Assembly: GCF_003334335.1 (NCBI RefSeq)
Contig: NZ_QOWQ01000007.1
Reading direction: 5' to 3' (one strand)
From: Escherichia coli
Lineage (GTDB): Bacteria; Pseudomonadota; Gammaproteobacteria; Enterobacterales; Enterobacteriaceae
Length of the DNA stretch: 64,000 nucleotides
This document shows, one piece after another, positions 10,803 to 21,245 of the stretch (the first letter of the stretch is position 1; each line of letters begins with the position of its first letter). Position numbers and translations under genes: made by a program. Under the pieces are notes generated by a model. It did not search any database. It was not told the DNA's origin and worked only from the letters and a program-made list of their open reading frames with translations.

Positions 10803-12023
10803 TTGAATATAGTACTTTCGCTACTACTGCTTCTGATAGGGGGGATATCGATTATATGTGCAATAAATAAAAAGCGACCTATGCTTTTAATTCTTGCAGC
10901 CTTCTTTACAGTATATTTGGCGCTACGCCCCGTATTGCTTTCATTGGGCTTATATAATATTTATGCTTACCTCAACCCATCTGTTATCGATTATGACGAA
11001 AGCGCGCTTACGCATTGTATTATATTCACCCTAATATCATATGTATTGTTATTATTTACTTATCATAAAACAAAAAAAAGAATAAAGATTGATAAATCAA
11101 GCAATAATGACGATCAGAGAGAAAGTAATAGTAATTATAATTTTGTTGCATTTATAATTGCTCTATTACTAATCTTTTCAGTTATATTGATACCAATGTA
11201 TGTTTGTTTTGTTTATTTACTGCTGTTGATCTTGTATTATATTATCAAGTATAAAGGAGATGGGCGTAAGCTTAATGTTGTATTATCGGCTCTTTATTAT
11301 ATCTTATTAATTTTATTGCTTTTTTTTATTTCAGATGATCGTCGTGATTGGTTAGTGGCTATAGGTGTTCCTTTATATATATACATATTTGTATACTTAA
11401 AAAGCCTTATTAAGATTTTAATACCCTCAATAGTTTGCCTGCTACTTCTGGTATATATAAGTGTAGCATTCAGGAGCGGAGGTGATATATTTGATTATGA
11501 TGCTGTTAAAAATAGAGCTGAATCAGTAAGTGCAACTCTTACAGTACTTGAAGTAGAAACTGATTTTAGTATTGTATTTGATGATTATTTACTTTTATTT
11601 GACAAAAGATACTCAAGTATTGATTTTTTATACGGGGTGACAATTTTAAAACCTGTCATCTCGATTATCCCAAGAAGTATATTTCCCGACAAGCCAGAAA
11701 CATCTAGTCGACTTTTCCCAAAATATTTTAATAAACAGTTTTATAATGTTGGTGGTAGTGAACCTGTAACATTATTTGGGGAACTATATTGGAATTTTTC
11801 GTATTTGTCTCTCATTGTTTTTATGTTGTTGGGTAATATTATTGCTCTGATTGATAATACATATTTACATAATAGATCTAATTACTTATTCTCAGCATTG
11901 GTATTATCATTAAGCTTAACTGGTTTCCATCTTCTAAGAGGGCCGATTGATTCTTTTTGTTATCTGTATTTATGGTTGATATTGGCTTATCAATTATTGA
12001 ATGTCGTTAAAAAAATTAAATAG
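10803..12023 (+). CDS. wzy: Putative O-antigen polymerase (Wzy)
   Basis: 406 aa, extremely hydrophobic and AT-rich, many predicted TM segments; apparent TTG start at 10803 with an AGGGA Shine-Dalgarno ~6 nt upstream; position next to wzx. Confidence 0.7.
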   Translation: MNIVLSLLLLLIGGISIICAINKKRPMLLILAAFFTVYLALRPVLLSLGLYNIYAYLNPSVIDYDESALTHCIIFTLISYVLLLFTYHKTKKRIKIDKSSNNDDQRESNSNYNFVAFIIALLLIFSVILIPMYVCFVYLLLLILYYIIKYKGDGRKLNVVLSALYYILLILLLFFISDDRRDWLVAIGVPLYIYIFVYLKSLIKILIPSIVCLLLLVYISVAFRSGGDIFDYDAVKNRAESVSATLTVLEVETDFSIVFDDYLLLFDKRYSSIDFLYGVTILKPVISIIPRSIFPDKPETSSRLFPKYFNKQFYNVGGSEPVTLFGELYWNFSYLSLIVFMLLGNIIALIDNTYLHNRSNYLFSALVLSLSLTGFHLLRGPIDSFCYLYLWLILAYQLLNVVKKIK

Positions 12024-12032
12024 GATATTAAG

Positions 12033-12956
12033 ATGAGTAGCAATCTTGCACCAATATGTTTATTTGTGTATAACAGATATGAGCATACAGTACGAACTGT
12101 TGAGGCTTTGAAAAAAAACACACTTGCATCAAAGTCTGAACTTTATATATTTAGTGATGCGTCCAAAGATTCAAAATCTGTAGTTCAGGTACAAAAAGTT
12201 AGAGAGTATGTTGATACAATAAAAGGTTTTAAGAAAATAACAATAATTAAAGCACCAAAAAACATGGGGTTGGCGGAATCAATTATTAGCGGGGTGTCAT
12301 CTGTTATAAAAAAATATGGGCGTGTAATTGTATTTGAAGATGATCTAGTCTCAAGTCCACTGACTCTAGAATACCTCAATATAATGTTAGATAACTATAA
12401 GAATCAAGAAGACGTTATGTCGGTTACTAGCTACTCGTATCCTGAAAAAACATTAGAAATAGATAAATTTTACAATTTCGATAATTATTTTACGGGGAGA
12501 CCATGTTCATGGGGATGGGCAACATGGCAAGATAGGTGGGAGTCTATTCAATGGGAGGGTGATATATATAGAGATTATTTAAAAAACGAAAGCATGCAGA
12601 AGCAATTCATGAAATATTCAGGTGTCGATATTGACCGAATGCTTAAAAAACAATTGGCAGGGCATATTGATTCGTGGGCAGTAAGATTTGTCTTTAATTG
12701 TTTTTTACAGAAAAAATTAGCTTCATACCCGACTAAATCGTATATTACAAATATCGGTTCTGATGGGACAGGTACGCATCGGGGAGTTAATGAAGAATAT
12801 ATAGTGAATTACTCCTTAAATATTAATCTGCCAACAAATTTGCTAAATGATCTATATGTAGATAAGGATATTTGGAAGCAGTTTAATTTATTTGTTAGGA
12901 AAAAATATTTTTTTCGGAGGGCTTTACTGTTTATAAGAAGGAAATTTTATGCTTAA
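12033..12956 (+). CDS. Putative glycosyltransferase, family not recognised
   Basis: 307 aa ORF in the O-antigen cluster; no GT11 fucosyltransferase motif recognised; function inferred from context only. Confidence 0.6.
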   Translation: MSSNLAPICLFVYNRYEHTVRTVEALKKNTLASKSELYIFSDASKDSKSVVQVQKVREYVDTIKGFKKITIIKAPKNMGLAESIISGVSSVIKKYGRVIVFEDDLVSSPLTLEYLNIMLDNYKNQEDVMSVTSYSYPEKTLEIDKFYNFDNYFTGRPCSWGWATWQDRWESIQWEGDIYRDYLKNESMQKQFMKYSGVDIDRMLKKQLAGHIDSWAVRFVFNCFLQKKLASYPTKSYITNIGSDGTGTHRGVNEEYIVNYSLNINLPTNLLNDLYVDKDIWKQFNLFVRKKYFFRRALLFIRRKFYA

Positions 12957-14061
12957 AAAACTATTAAAGAAGTTTTTCATTCGTTATGCGTATAAATCAT
13001 TTAACAAAAGCGGTTCGAAAAAGGCATTATTATCATTTATCGTCCACCCCTATTTTTTCAAAACATTTAAGCATCCGAATATAATTGAGTTAGAATGTAT
13101 AGTGTCTATTTTAGAAAAGATGGGTTACTGTATTACGGTTGTAGATTATCGAAGAAAAAAAATTCATAAAAAATACGATTTAGTGTTGGGGTTTGGGGAT
13201 TGCTTTGAATATGCTATAAATCATAACTATGGCACTAAGTTTATACTTTATTCAACAGGTTTTCCTGCTTTTATTCAAAACCAGAATGCTATCGAAGCAT
13301 TTTTCCGTTTTAAACAAATGTACACTGAAAAACAGAACATTGTATCTGATAAGTATATACGTTTAACTGAAAATGTTTGGCCCAGACAATTAATAGAAAG
13401 TGATGCTATTATCACTATAGGTAATGATTATGTTAAATCATTATATGAACGATTTCACGATAAGATATATTGTATTCCATCTACAGCTTTTAAAATAATA
13501 ACTCAGCAATCTACAACAATAAATTCTATAAAAAAAAATTCATTTTTGTGGTTTGGAGGGAAAGGGTGTATTCACAAGGGACTGGATTTATGTATAGCAG
13601 CAATAGCTGGCACAGAGTATAAGTTATACATAGCAGGTCCTATAGACGATGAAATTTGTATTTTTAATGACATATTGAGTACTTATCCAGATAATTTTGA
13701 GTATCTTGGTTTTCTTTCTGTTAATACTGAAGAATTTTGCGAGGTAGTTGAGCATATCCCATTTTGTATATTGCCGTCATGTAGTGAAGCAATGGCTACC
13801 TCCATTGTGACGCTGGCTAGTAATTTCGGAACGATTCCGTTAATTACAAAGGAATGTGGTTTTGACTTTGATAATGAAATCATAGAAATAAATTCATTAA
13901 CTATTCAATCTGTTAAACAAGCATTATTTAAAGCGTCATTGTTGACTGAAGATGAAATTTATATTAGAAAATCTTCTATCAAAAGAAAATACAGTTCTTA
14001 TCATAGCAATGAATCGTTTTACAGTAAATTTGAATATTCTCTAAAAGAAATACTTAGATAG
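12949..14061 (+). CDS. Putative glycosyltransferase (GT4-like C-terminal half)
   Basis: 370 aa; C-terminal region carries a GT-B-like ...LPSCSEAMATSIVTLASNFGTIPLI... motif; overlaps the upstream ORF by 8 nt. Confidence 0.6.
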   Translation: MLKKLLKKFFIRYAYKSFNKSGSKKALLSFIVHPYFFKTFKHPNIIELECIVSILEKMGYCITVVDYRRKKIHKKYDLVLGFGDCFEYAINHNYGTKFILYSTGFPAFIQNQNAIEAFFRFKQMYTEKQNIVSDKYIRLTENVWPRQLIESDAIITIGNDYVKSLYERFHDKIYCIPSTAFKIITQQSTTINSIKKNSFLWFGGKGCIHKGLDLCIAAIAGTEYKLYIAGPIDDEICIFNDILSTYPDNFEYLGFLSVNTEEFCEVVEHIPFCILPSCSEAMATSIVTLASNFGTIPLITKECGFDFDNEIIEINSLTIQSVKQALFKASLLTEDEIYIRKSSIKRKYSSYHSNESFYSKFEYSLKEILR

Positions 14062-14071
14062 GTAATTAACA

Positions 14072-15082
14072 GTGATCATCTATGATGGAATTATAGAAAA
14101 ATTGCAGTCTGGCGGTGGTGTTACCGTAGTTTTTAATGAAATTGTCTCGAGGTTAACAGAATATAAATATATTAGCTATGACACTTGTTCTAAAATATCG
14201 ATAGCTAGAAACAATATGATAAAACCATCAAGATTTTTGGAACGATATAGAGATTGTGTTATTCCTGATTACAATCCTCAAGATAAGGCTATATTTCATT
14301 CGACTTATTATAGATTACCTCATCATTTGAACATACCAGTCATAACAACAGTTCATGATTTTACCTATGAAAAGTTCGTTGATGGTCCTGCGAAGAAGAT
14401 TCATTCATGGCAAAAAAATAGAGCAATACGTCGGAGTGATATAATCATCTGTGTATCACAAAATACCGCAAATGACTTGATGAGATATTGTCCGGTAAAT
14501 TCCAGTCGTATTCGTGTAATATATAATGGAGTTTCAGATGAATATTATCCTTTACCCGAAATTAATAATGTTGATTCTCAAAAAGTATTGTTTGTAGGGG
14601 CAAGAGGTGGTTATAAAAACTTTGAATTAGCAATAGATGCAGTTTCCTCTGTAGCCGGATTAGAGTTACATATAGTGGGGGGGGGGGATTTAACAACACA
14701 AGAAAAAATAAAATTAGAAAGTAAATTGTCGGGTAGATATTTTTGGTTGGGTAAGCTTACAAATCAAGAGCTAAATATTGCATATAATAGTAGCTATGCG
14801 TTGCTTTATCCATCAAGTTATGAAGGTTTTGGAATCCCAATTATCGAGGCAATGCGTGCTGGTTGTCCAGTTATTGCTGCGAATTCGTCTTCAATACCTG
14901 AAGTTGCTGGCGATGCGGCAATATTAGTGGATGATTTGAATATATCTACTTTTCGCGAAGCCCTATTAAGCATACCAGCATGTCGCAATGAATTGATCTC
15001 CGCAGGTTTCGCACAGTCTAGAAAATTTTCTTGGGAGCGCTGTTTCCAGGAAACGTTATTAGCTTATAATGAATTGCTTTAA
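14072..15082 (+). CDS. Glycosyltransferase family 4
   Basis: 336 aa; [33 protein letters not shown] is a classic GT4 signature; apparent GTG start; contains a G11 homopolymer at 14677-14687. Confidence 0.8.
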   Translation: MIIYDGIIEKLQSGGGVTVVFNEIVSRLTEYKYISYDTCSKISIARNNMIKPSRFLERYRDCVIPDYNPQDKAIFHSTYYRLPHHLNIPVITTVHDFTYEKFVDGPAKKIHSWQKNRAIRRSDIIICVSQNTANDLMRYCPVNSSRIRVIYNGVSDEYYPLPEINNVDSQKVLFVGARGGYKNFELAIDAVSSVAGLELHIVGGGDLTTQEKIKLESKLSGRYFWLGKLTNQELNIAYNSSYALLYPSSYEGFGIPIIEAMRAGCPVIAANSSSIPEVAGDAAILVDDLNISTFREALLSIPACRNELISAGFAQSRKFSWERCFQETLLAYNELL

Positions 15083-15099
15083 TGTATAGTGAGATAAAA

Positions 15100-16224
15100 A
15101 TGAGCAAAAAAATCGCATTCCTCACAGGTGTTACTGGTCAAGATGGCTCTTATCTGGCCGAATTTCTTTTGGCTAAAGGTTATGAAGTTCACGGGATTAA
15201 ACGTCGCGCATCTTCTTTTAATACAGAGCGAGTTGATCATATTTATCAAGCACCTCATCATAAAGACCCTAATTTCTTTCTTCATTATGGTGACTTAACA
15301 GATTCATCAAACCTGATACGTCTAATCAAAGAAATCCAACCAAACGAAGTTTATAACCTTGGCGCTCAATCTCATGTAGCGGTTTCATTCGAATCACCTG
15401 AATATACTGCTGACGTTGATGCGATGGGGACTTTACGTCTGTTGGAGGCGATTCGTATTTGTGGGCTAGAGAAAAAAACACGTTTCTATCAGGCATCTAC
15501 TTCTGAACTCTTCGGCTTAGTTCAGGAAATCCCGCAGCGAGAAACAACACCATTCTACCCTCGTTCGCCTTATGCTGTTGCGAAGATGTATGCATACTGG
15601 ATTACTGTAAACTATCGTGAATCCTATGGAATGTACGCCTGTAACGGTATTCTCTTCAACCATGAATCCCCGCGTCGTGGTGAAACATTCGTAACACGTA
15701 AAATCACTCGTGCTATTGCAAATATTTCGCAGGGAATCGAAAAATGTCTCTATCTTGGCAATATGGACTCACTGCGTGACTGGGGACATGCAAAAGATTA
15801 CGTGCGTATGCAGTGGATGATGTTGCAGCAAGATCACCCAGAAGATTTTGTTATTGCAACAGGCAAACAAATTTCCGTACGTGAATTTGTTCGTATGTCC
15901 GCTAAAGAAGTAGGTCTGGAGTTAGAATTCTCCGGACAAGGTGTTGATGAAATAGCAACTGTTGTCAATAAAACATCTGACTGTGCTATTGGTGTAAGTA
16001 TTGGGGATGTGATCGTTCGTGTTGATCCGCGTTATTTTCGTCCTGCAGAAGTTGAAACTCTTCTTGGTGATCCAGCAAAAGCGAAAAAAGTATTGGGTTG
16101 GGAACCAGAGATTACAGTTGAAGAGATGTGTGCAGAAATGGTTGCCAGTGATCTGGCGAAAGCAAAACAGCATGCACTTCTGAAAAGCCATGGTTACGAT
16201 GTTGCAGTTTCTCTGGAGCGGTAA
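15100..16224 (+). CDS. gmd: GDP-mannose 4,6-dehydratase
   Basis: [36 protein letters not shown]... strongly Gmd-like; ATG at 15100. Confidence 0.93.
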   Translation: MSKKIAFLTGVTGQDGSYLAEFLLAKGYEVHGIKRRASSFNTERVDHIYQAPHHKDPNFFLHYGDLTDSSNLIRLIKEIQPNEVYNLGAQSHVAVSFESPEYTADVDAMGTLRLLEAIRICGLEKKTRFYQASTSELFGLVQEIPQRETTPFYPRSPYAVAKMYAYWITVNYRESYGMYACNGILFNHESPRRGETFVTRKITRAIANISQGIEKCLYLGNMDSLRDWGHAKDYVRMQWMMLQQDHPEDFVIATGKQISVREFVRMSAKEVGLELEFSGQGVDEIATVVNKTSDCAIGVSIGDVIVRVDPRYFRPAEVETLLGDPAKAKKVLGWEPEITVEEMCAEMVASDLAKAKQHALLKSHGYDVAVSLER

Positions 16225-16227
16225 GGT

Positions 16228-17193
16228 ATGACAAAAAAACGTATCTACGTTGCTGGTCACCGAGGTATGGTTGGCTCTGCTATTTGCCGTCAATTATCAC
16301 TGCGTGATGATATCGAATTAGTGGTCAAAACACACAAAGAACTCGATCTAACCGTACAGAAGGATGTTGATGCATTTTTTGAGCAAGAGAAAATTGATCA
16401 GGTTTATCTTGCTGCGGCTAAAGTTGGTGGCATTTATGCCAACAATACATTTCCGGCAGAATTCATCTATCAGAATCTCATGATTGAGAGTAATATTATT
16501 CATTCAGCTCACAAGGCCGGAATTCAAAAATTACTTTTTTTAGGCTCAAGCTGTATTTATCCTAAATTCGCAGAGCAGCCGATGAACGAGTCTGCGCTTT
16601 TAACGGGCATACTTGAGCCAACTAATGAGCCATACGCAATTGCTAAAATTGCGGGCATAAAATTATGTGAATCTTATAACCGTCAATATGGCCGTGATTA
16701 TCGCAGTGTAATGCCTACTAATCTTTATGGCATAAATGATAATTTCCACCCTGAAAACTCTCATGTTATTCCGGCACTCATGCGTAGATTCCATGAGGCA
16801 AAAGAGAGTGGAGCACCAGAAGTTATTGTCTGGGGAACCGGAACACCGATGCGTGAGTTTTTATATGTTGATGATATGGCTGCCGCATCTGTTCATGTAA
16901 TGGAACTTGACGAAGCAATTTATCAACAAAATACACAGCCTATGTTATCTCATATTAATGTTGGTACGGGTGTAGATTGTTCTATACGTGAAATGGCTGA
17001 AACAATGGCCTCTGTGGTGGGTTATCAAGGTAAAATTGTTTTTGATGTTACTAAACCTGATGGCACTCCGCGTAAACTTATGGACGTTACCCGGCTCAAA
17101 AACTTGGGCTGGCAATATCGCTATAATTTACATGAAGGCTTATCATTAACATATAAATGGTTTATTGAGAATATTAATTCTTTTCGGGGATAG
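16228..17193 (+). CDS. fcl: GDP-L-fucose synthase (GDP-4-keto-6-deoxymannose 3,5-epimerase/4-reductase)
   Basis: 321 aa; [19 protein letters not shown]... N-terminus typical of Fcl/WcaG; follows gmd. Confidence 0.92.
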   Translation: MTKKRIYVAGHRGMVGSAICRQLSLRDDIELVVKTHKELDLTVQKDVDAFFEQEKIDQVYLAAAKVGGIYANNTFPAEFIYQNLMIESNIIHSAHKAGIQKLLFLGSSCIYPKFAEQPMNESALLTGILEPTNEPYAIAKIAGIKLCESYNRQYGRDYRSVMPTNLYGINDNFHPENSHVIPALMRRFHEAKESGAPEVIVWGTGTPMREFLYVDDMAAASVHVMELDEAIYQQNTQPMLSHINVGTGVDCSIREMAETMASVVGYQGKIVFDVTKPDGTPRKLMDVTRLKNLGWQYRYNLHEGLSLTYKWFIENINSFRG

Positions 17194-17195
17194 TT

Positions 17196-17657
17196 ATGAA
17201 CAAGAGATTGGAACGTGAGCTATTTAAAACAATAGTTGAGCATACTCCTCTAATCTCGATTGATCTCATAATTAGAAACGATAAAGGAGAGGCGCTGCTG
17301 GGGCAGCGCCTGAATCGCCCAGCACAAAATTATTGGTTTGTGCCAGGAGGGCGAATTTATAAGGATGAGTCATTCGAGGTTGCATTTAAACGGATAACAT
17401 TTGAAGAGTTGGGCGTTAAAATTAGTCTTAATGACGCCTTATTTCTTGGGGTGTATGAACATTTTTACAATGATAATTTTTCTGAAGCAGAATTTTCTAC
17501 ACACTATGTAGTGCATGGATATGAAATCCAACTTAATCCTCAGCAACTTCACCTACCAACGGTCCAGCATAATTCCTACAAGTGGTTTGATGTAGTAACG
17601 TTGCTTAATAGCACTATAGTTCATCAATATACCAAAAATTATTTTATACCAAGGTAA
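17196..17657 (+). CDS. gmm: GDP-mannose mannosyl hydrolase (Nudix)
   Basis: 153 aa Nudix-like protein between fcl and manC, the canonical gmm position. Confidence 0.85.
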   Translation: MNKRLERELFKTIVEHTPLISIDLIIRNDKGEALLGQRLNRPAQNYWFVPGGRIYKDESFEVAFKRITFEELGVKISLNDALFLGVYEHFYNDNFSEAEFSTHYVVHGYEIQLNPQQLHLPTVQHNSYKWFDVVTLLNSTIVHQYTKNYFIPR

Positions 17658-17662
17658 TACAT

Positions 17663-19069
17663 ATGCTACTTCCCGTTGTCATGGCCGGTGGTTCAGGTAC
17701 CAGATTATGGCCTCTTTCACGTACACTTTATCCGAAACAATTTCTGTCTTTAAATAGTCGTTTAACCATGTTGCAAGAGACATTGCGGCGGCTTGACAAG
17801 ATCGAACATAAACCCGCTTTGGTCATTTGTAACGAATCACATCGCTTTATCGTTGCTGAACAATTGCGTAAAGAGGGTTTAAAGCATAGTGGTATTTTGC
17901 TTGAGCCTGTGGGTCGTAATACTGCGCCTGCTGTAGCACTCGCAGCACTTCAGGCTATGGTAACTGGAGATGATCCTATTCTGTTGGTTCTTGCTGCTGA
18001 TCATGAAATCCAGAATGAGGATAATTTCATTGATGCAGTTCTTGCAGCCAAGAATTTTGCAGAGCAGGGTAAGCTTGTTACGTTTGGTATTGTTCCAACA
18101 TCCCCAGAGACTGGCTATGGTTACATTAAGTTAGGTGAATATCTGGATGGAAAAGGTTACAAAGTTGCGGCTTTTGTTGAAAAACCAGAGCTTCACGTAG
18201 CTCAGCGGTATATATCAGATGGCGGTTATCTTTGGAATAGTGGGATGTTTATGTTCAGAGCATCTGTATTTATCGATGAACTGAAAAAATTCCGACCAGA
18301 TATTTTAGCCAGTTGCCAAAGCTCTCTGTCCTCTTCGACACAAGATTTAGATTTTATCCGTCTGGATAACTCTTCATTTTCTTGCTGTCCTGAAGAGTCG
18401 ATTGATTATGCCGTTATGGAAAAAACAGCCGAAGCTGTCGTCGTTCCATTAAATGCGCAATGGAGTGATGTTGGGTCATGGTCTGCATTGTGGGAAATAA
18501 GTTCAAAAGACCAAAGCGGCAATGCCATTCGTGGTGATGTATTGGTTGAAGATGCTACAGATAGTTATCTTTATTCGCAGCATAGACTTATTGGTGCCGT
18601 GGGCGTAAAGGATTTGGTTGTTGTTGAAACGAAAGATGCCGTATTAGTTGCTCATAAAGACAAAGTTCAGCAAGTTAAAAATATTGTCGCTCAACTTAAA
18701 AAAAATAATCGAACAGAATATTTACAGCATCGGGAAATTTTTCGGCCTTGGGGCAGTCATGATACTATAGCTGAAGGGCCGCGCTTTCAAGTGAAACATG
18801 TGATTGTATTACCTGGTCACATTACCGCTAAGCAGATTCATTACCATCGTACTGAGCATTGGATTGTTGTCTCGGGGACAGCTAAAGTTCATCTTGAAGA
18901 TAAGACTTATCTTGTTTCTGAAAATGAATCAACATACATACCTGTTGGTGTTCCACATGCCATTGAAAATCCTGGCAAGATCCCACTCGAAATAATTGAG
19001 GTTAGATCAGGAGTCTACCTTGAAGAGGATGATGTTATAAGAGTTCCTTCTTCTGGAGTAGGATACTAA
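17663..19069 (+). CDS. manC: Mannose-1-phosphate guanylyltransferase
   Basis: 468 aa; N-terminal nucleotidyltransferase motif (VVMAGGSGTRLWPLSR) and C-terminal cupin region. Confidence 0.93.
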   Translation: MLLPVVMAGGSGTRLWPLSRTLYPKQFLSLNSRLTMLQETLRRLDKIEHKPALVICNESHRFIVAEQLRKEGLKHSGILLEPVGRNTAPAVALAALQAMVTGDDPILLVLAADHEIQNEDNFIDAVLAAKNFAEQGKLVTFGIVPTSPETGYGYIKLGEYLDGKGYKVAAFVEKPELHVAQRYISDGGYLWNSGMFMFRASVFIDELKKFRPDILASCQSSLSSSTQDLDFIRLDNSSFSCCPEESIDYAVMEKTAEAVVVPLNAQWSDVGSWSALWEISSKDQSGNAIRGDVLVEDATDSYLYSQHRLIGAVGVKDLVVVETKDAVLVAHKDKVQQVKNIVAQLKKNNRTEYLQHREIFRPWGSHDTIAEGPRFQVKHVIVLPGHITAKQIHYHRTEHWIVVSGTAKVHLEDKTYLVSENESTYIPVGVPHAIENPGKIPLEIIEVRSGVYLEEDDVIRVPSSGVGY

Positions 19070-19815
19070 TGCGAATTTCTATTATCACAGCTACTTATAA
19101 TAGTGAAAAAACTCTCCTTGATACATTACTTTCTCTAGAAAAGCAAACGCATCCAGATATTGAATATATAGTTGTAGATGGAGCATCGAAAGATAATACA
19201 ATTAAGCTGATTAAGAGTAATTGTACAAAAGTTTCAAAAATCATTTGCGAACCCGATAAGGGCATTTATGATGCTCTGAATAAAGGTATTCAAGCAGCTT
19301 CGGGTGATGTTATTGGTTTTTTACATTCTGATGACTTATTTGCTTATGATGATGCTATTGCAGATATAGCAAAAACATTTGAAAGTACAGGATGTGATGC
19401 TATTTATGGCGATTTGGAGTACGTTGCCCAAAATGATACGACTAAACGTATTAGATTATGGAAAAGTGGTTCATTTAGTCGTTTCAAGATGAAAGTGGGT
19501 TGGATGCCGCCACACCCATCATTTTATATGAAACGCGAATGTTATAGTCAGTTTGGTAGTTTTTCTTTAGATTATCGAATATCTGCTGATTATGACTCAT
19601 TATTACGATATATTTTAAAACAACGTATTTCGATAGCATATTTACCAAAAGTCTTAGTGAAGATGCGTGTTGGTGGAATTAGCAATCGTTCAGTATCTTC
19701 AATGGCCAAGAAGTCAATGGAAGACATTCGTATTATGAAACAGAATGGTATTATCTGGCCACTTGCTTTAGCGTATAAAAATATATCCAAACTTCCTCAA
19801 TTTATTAAAAAGTAA
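19069..19815 (+). CDS. Glycosyltransferase family 2
   Basis: 248 aa; MRISIITATYNSEKTLLDTLLSLEKQTHPDIEYIVVDGASKDNT is a typical GT2 N-terminus with DxD-type region. Confidence 0.8.
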   Translation: MRISIITATYNSEKTLLDTLLSLEKQTHPDIEYIVVDGASKDNTIKLIKSNCTKVSKIICEPDKGIYDALNKGIQAASGDVIGFLHSDDLFAYDDAIADIAKTFESTGCDAIYGDLEYVAQNDTTKRIRLWKSGSFSRFKMKVGWMPPHPSFYMKRECYSQFGSFSLDYRISADYDSLLRYILKQRISIAYLPKVLVKMRVGGISNRSVSSMAKKSMEDIRIMKQNGIIWPLALAYKNISKLPQFIKK

Positions 19816-19820
19816 TCATC

Positions 19821-21245
19821 ATGTTAAATGTTAAAAAAATCATTAACGATAGTAATATTGCGTTCGGTACTAGTGGTGCTCGCGGTTTAGTGATCGATTT
19901 TTCCCATGATGTTTGTGCTGCGTTCACTCATGCGTTTCTTTCTGTTATTGATGACAAATACAATTTTAGTAAAGTTGCCTTAGCCATTGATAACCGCCCA
20001 AGTAGTTACGAAATTGCTCAGGCATGCGCGTATGCTATAAAACAACATGGATTCGAGGTTGAATATCATGGTGTAATTCCGACTCCTGCATTAGCTCATT
20101 ATTCGATGCAGAAAAACATTCCCTGCATAATGGTCACAGGGAGTCATATCCCTTTTGATCGTAATGGCTTAAAATTCTACAGACCTGATGGTGAAATCAC
20201 TAAAGAGGATGAGCTCGCAATTATAAATAGTGAGTATACATTTTCGCCTGTAGGTGAATTACCTCATCTTGAAACAAGCACTCAAGGTGCAGACTACTAC
20301 CTCGAACGTTATGTTTCTCTTTTTAATCCCGAGATTTTAAAGGGGAAAAGAATAGGGGTATATGAACATTCTAGTGCGGGACGCGATTTATATGCTCCTC
20401 TTTTTAATCAAATGGGTGCAGAGGTCATTTCCCTCGGTAGGAGTGATGAGTTCGTTCCGATTGATACGGAAGCAGTAAGCGATGAAGATCGTATACTTGC
20501 AAGAGAGTGGTCTAAAAAATATAATCTTGATGCTATTTTCTCAACAGATGGCGATGGTGATCGTCCTTTAGTTGCCGATGAAAATGGTGAATGGTTAAGA
20601 GGCGATATTCTGGGACTACTTACTGCTATTGAACTTAATATCAAGGCGTTGGCTATTCCAGTGAGTTGTAATACAGCAATTGAAGAGTCTAATAAATTTG
20701 CAAGTATACAACGAACGAAAATAGGTTCTCCTTATGTAATTGCAGCATTTGCAGATCTTGCTAAGCAATTTGATTCAGTCGCTGGTTTTGAAGCTAATGG
20801 TGGTTTTCTCCTTGCCTCCGATTTACAAATTAATGGCAAGGAATTAAAATCGTTACCTACACGAGATGCTGTGTTACCAGCATTAATGCTCTTAATAGCT
20901 TCTCGCAATAGTACTATTTCTCAACTGATTAATAATCTTCCTCAGCGATTCACTTGGTCAGATAGAGTTAAAAACCTCCCTTCAGATTCAAGTCAACAAA
21001 TTATAAAAAATGCCATATCGTCACCCAATAATTTCTTTAATAGTTTAGGTTATGAATCATTATCCTGTTCCGCTATTGATGAAACGGATGGTGCAAGATT
21101 TACTTTAAATAATGGTGATATTATACATCTCCGTCCTTCCGGTAATGCTCCAGAACTCCGTTGTTATGCTGAGGCCAGTGATGAAAATCAGGCTAAGCAA
21201 TATGTTACGAATGTGCTGGGAAATATTACCTCTTTGATTTCTTGA
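19821..21245 (+). CDS. manB: Phosphomannomutase / alpha-D-phosphohexomutase of the O-antigen cluster
   Basis: 474 aa; phosphohexomutase active-site-like TGSHIP motif; sequence clearly differs from the cpsG paralogue at the window start. Confidence 0.75.
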   Translation: MLNVKKIINDSNIAFGTSGARGLVIDFSHDVCAAFTHAFLSVIDDKYNFSKVALAIDNRPSSYEIAQACAYAIKQHGFEVEYHGVIPTPALAHYSMQKNIPCIMVTGSHIPFDRNGLKFYRPDGEITKEDELAIINSEYTFSPVGELPHLETSTQGADYYLERYVSLFNPEILKGKRIGVYEHSSAGRDLYAPLFNQMGAEVISLGRSDEFVPIDTEAVSDEDRILAREWSKKYNLDAIFSTDGDGDRPLVADENGEWLRGDILGLLTAIELNIKALAIPVSCNTAIEESNKFASIQRTKIGSPYVIAAFADLAKQFDSVAGFEANGGFLLASDLQINGKELKSLPTRDAVLPALMLLIASRNSTISQLINNLPQRFTWSDRVKNLPSDSSQQIIKNAISSPNNFFNSLGYESLSCSAIDETDGARFTLNNGDIIHLRPSGNAPELRCYAEASDENQAKQYVTNVLGNITSLIS

